64,000 nt of DNA from Dendrobates tinctorius. Its lineage: Eukaryota. Position 1 is the stretch's first letter, and the number at the start of each line of letters is the position of its first letter. Of the stretch, positions 63,330-64,000 are shown one piece after another. Under the pieces are notes generated by a model. The model was not told where the DNA came from and did no database searches. It saw nothing but the letters and a program-made list of their open reading frames with translations. The position numbers were made by a program, and so were the translations under genes. Location: positions 39,556,001 to 39,620,000 of the forward strand of contig NW_027361684.1 of NCBI RefSeq assembly GCF_039654945.1. Reading direction: 5' to 3'.

Positions 63330-64000
63330 AATTATAAAAGCCACCCCACTATAGTGAACCCCAGCAGAAGTCTGGCAGCAGAGTTAAATGAATTCTACTG
63401 CAGATTTGAGGCAAGCTCTACACACAGTGGCTATTCATCTCTAAGCTCCTCAGTCTGTTCATATAAAGATCATTCATTGTGCAACACCCAAGTAGTGATC
63501 TCCGAGGCAGAGGTGATACGCATCCTGAAGGGACTTAAGGTCAAAAAGGCACCTGGCCCTGATGGTGTATCTCCAATGTGTCTGAAAGTATGTGCTACCC
63601 AGCTTGCCCCTATACTGACAAATATATACAATGTGTCACTGAAAGAGTGCGTTGTACTTCAGTGTTGGAAAAATTCCACAATTATCCCTGTCCCCAAGAA
63701 AGTGGGATCCTCTGAGTTGAACGACTATAGACCAGTAGCACTCACATCTGTAGCTATGAAAGTCTTCGAAAGAATTATGATGTCCCACCTGATAAAATTC
63801 ACGCAGAAGCTATGGGACCCGCTTCAGTTTGCCTATAAGGAGAATCGTTCGGCAAACGACACTGTCAATCTGGCACTGAAGTACATTTTGGATCATACAG
63901 ATGAACTGCACTCATATGTCCGGATTCTTTTCATGGACTTTAGCTCAGCGTTCAATACCATTGATCCGAATTTACTTCAGAAGAAAATGGTAGCTCTTGG
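63330..64000 (+). mobile_element. Rex1/Babar-like LINE, 5'-truncated RT region open to window end
   Basis: LNEFYCRFE, KAPGPDGV, WKNSTIIPVPKK, NDYRPVALTSVAMKVFER, DPLQFAY, VRILFMDFSSAFNTI. Confidence 0.88.

Overview
Eukaryotic (vertebrate) genomic DNA, most likely a frog; this is inferred from the repeat landscape of DIRS1, TTAA/T2-type and Harbinger-type MITEs, Penelope hammerheads, L1, L2 and Rex1. The window covers the conserved SMG6-SRR-TSR1 synteny block. It contains the first three coding exons of smg6 (- strand, runs off the left end), the complete serine racemase gene srr (+ strand, 330 aa, head-to-head with smg6) and the complete tsr1 gene (- strand, 15 coding exons, 811 aa, tail-to-tail with srr, stops about 118 nt apart). 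Introns hold four decayed DIRS1 tyrosine-recombinase retrotransposons, a 1.5 kb non-autonomous mini-DIRS with intact termini and ICR, a full-length disrupted L1, solo LTRs, Penelope-like derivatives with hammerhead ribozymes, many MITEs and minisatellites. Best leads: (1) an in-frame upstream srr exon encoding an 18-aa peptide resembling a two-step-cleaved mitochondrial presequence, plus loss of the C-terminal PDZ ligand and a Ser-to-Cys change at the PLP pyridine ligand; (2) short GT-AG introns at the gag start of all four DIRS copies; (3) the mini-DIRS; (4) several minimal hammerheads in one srr intron; (5) a palindromic two-strand AATAAA overlapping the tsr1 stop. All calls are by eye with no database searches; transposon boundaries are approximate unless a TSD or TIR is quoted.
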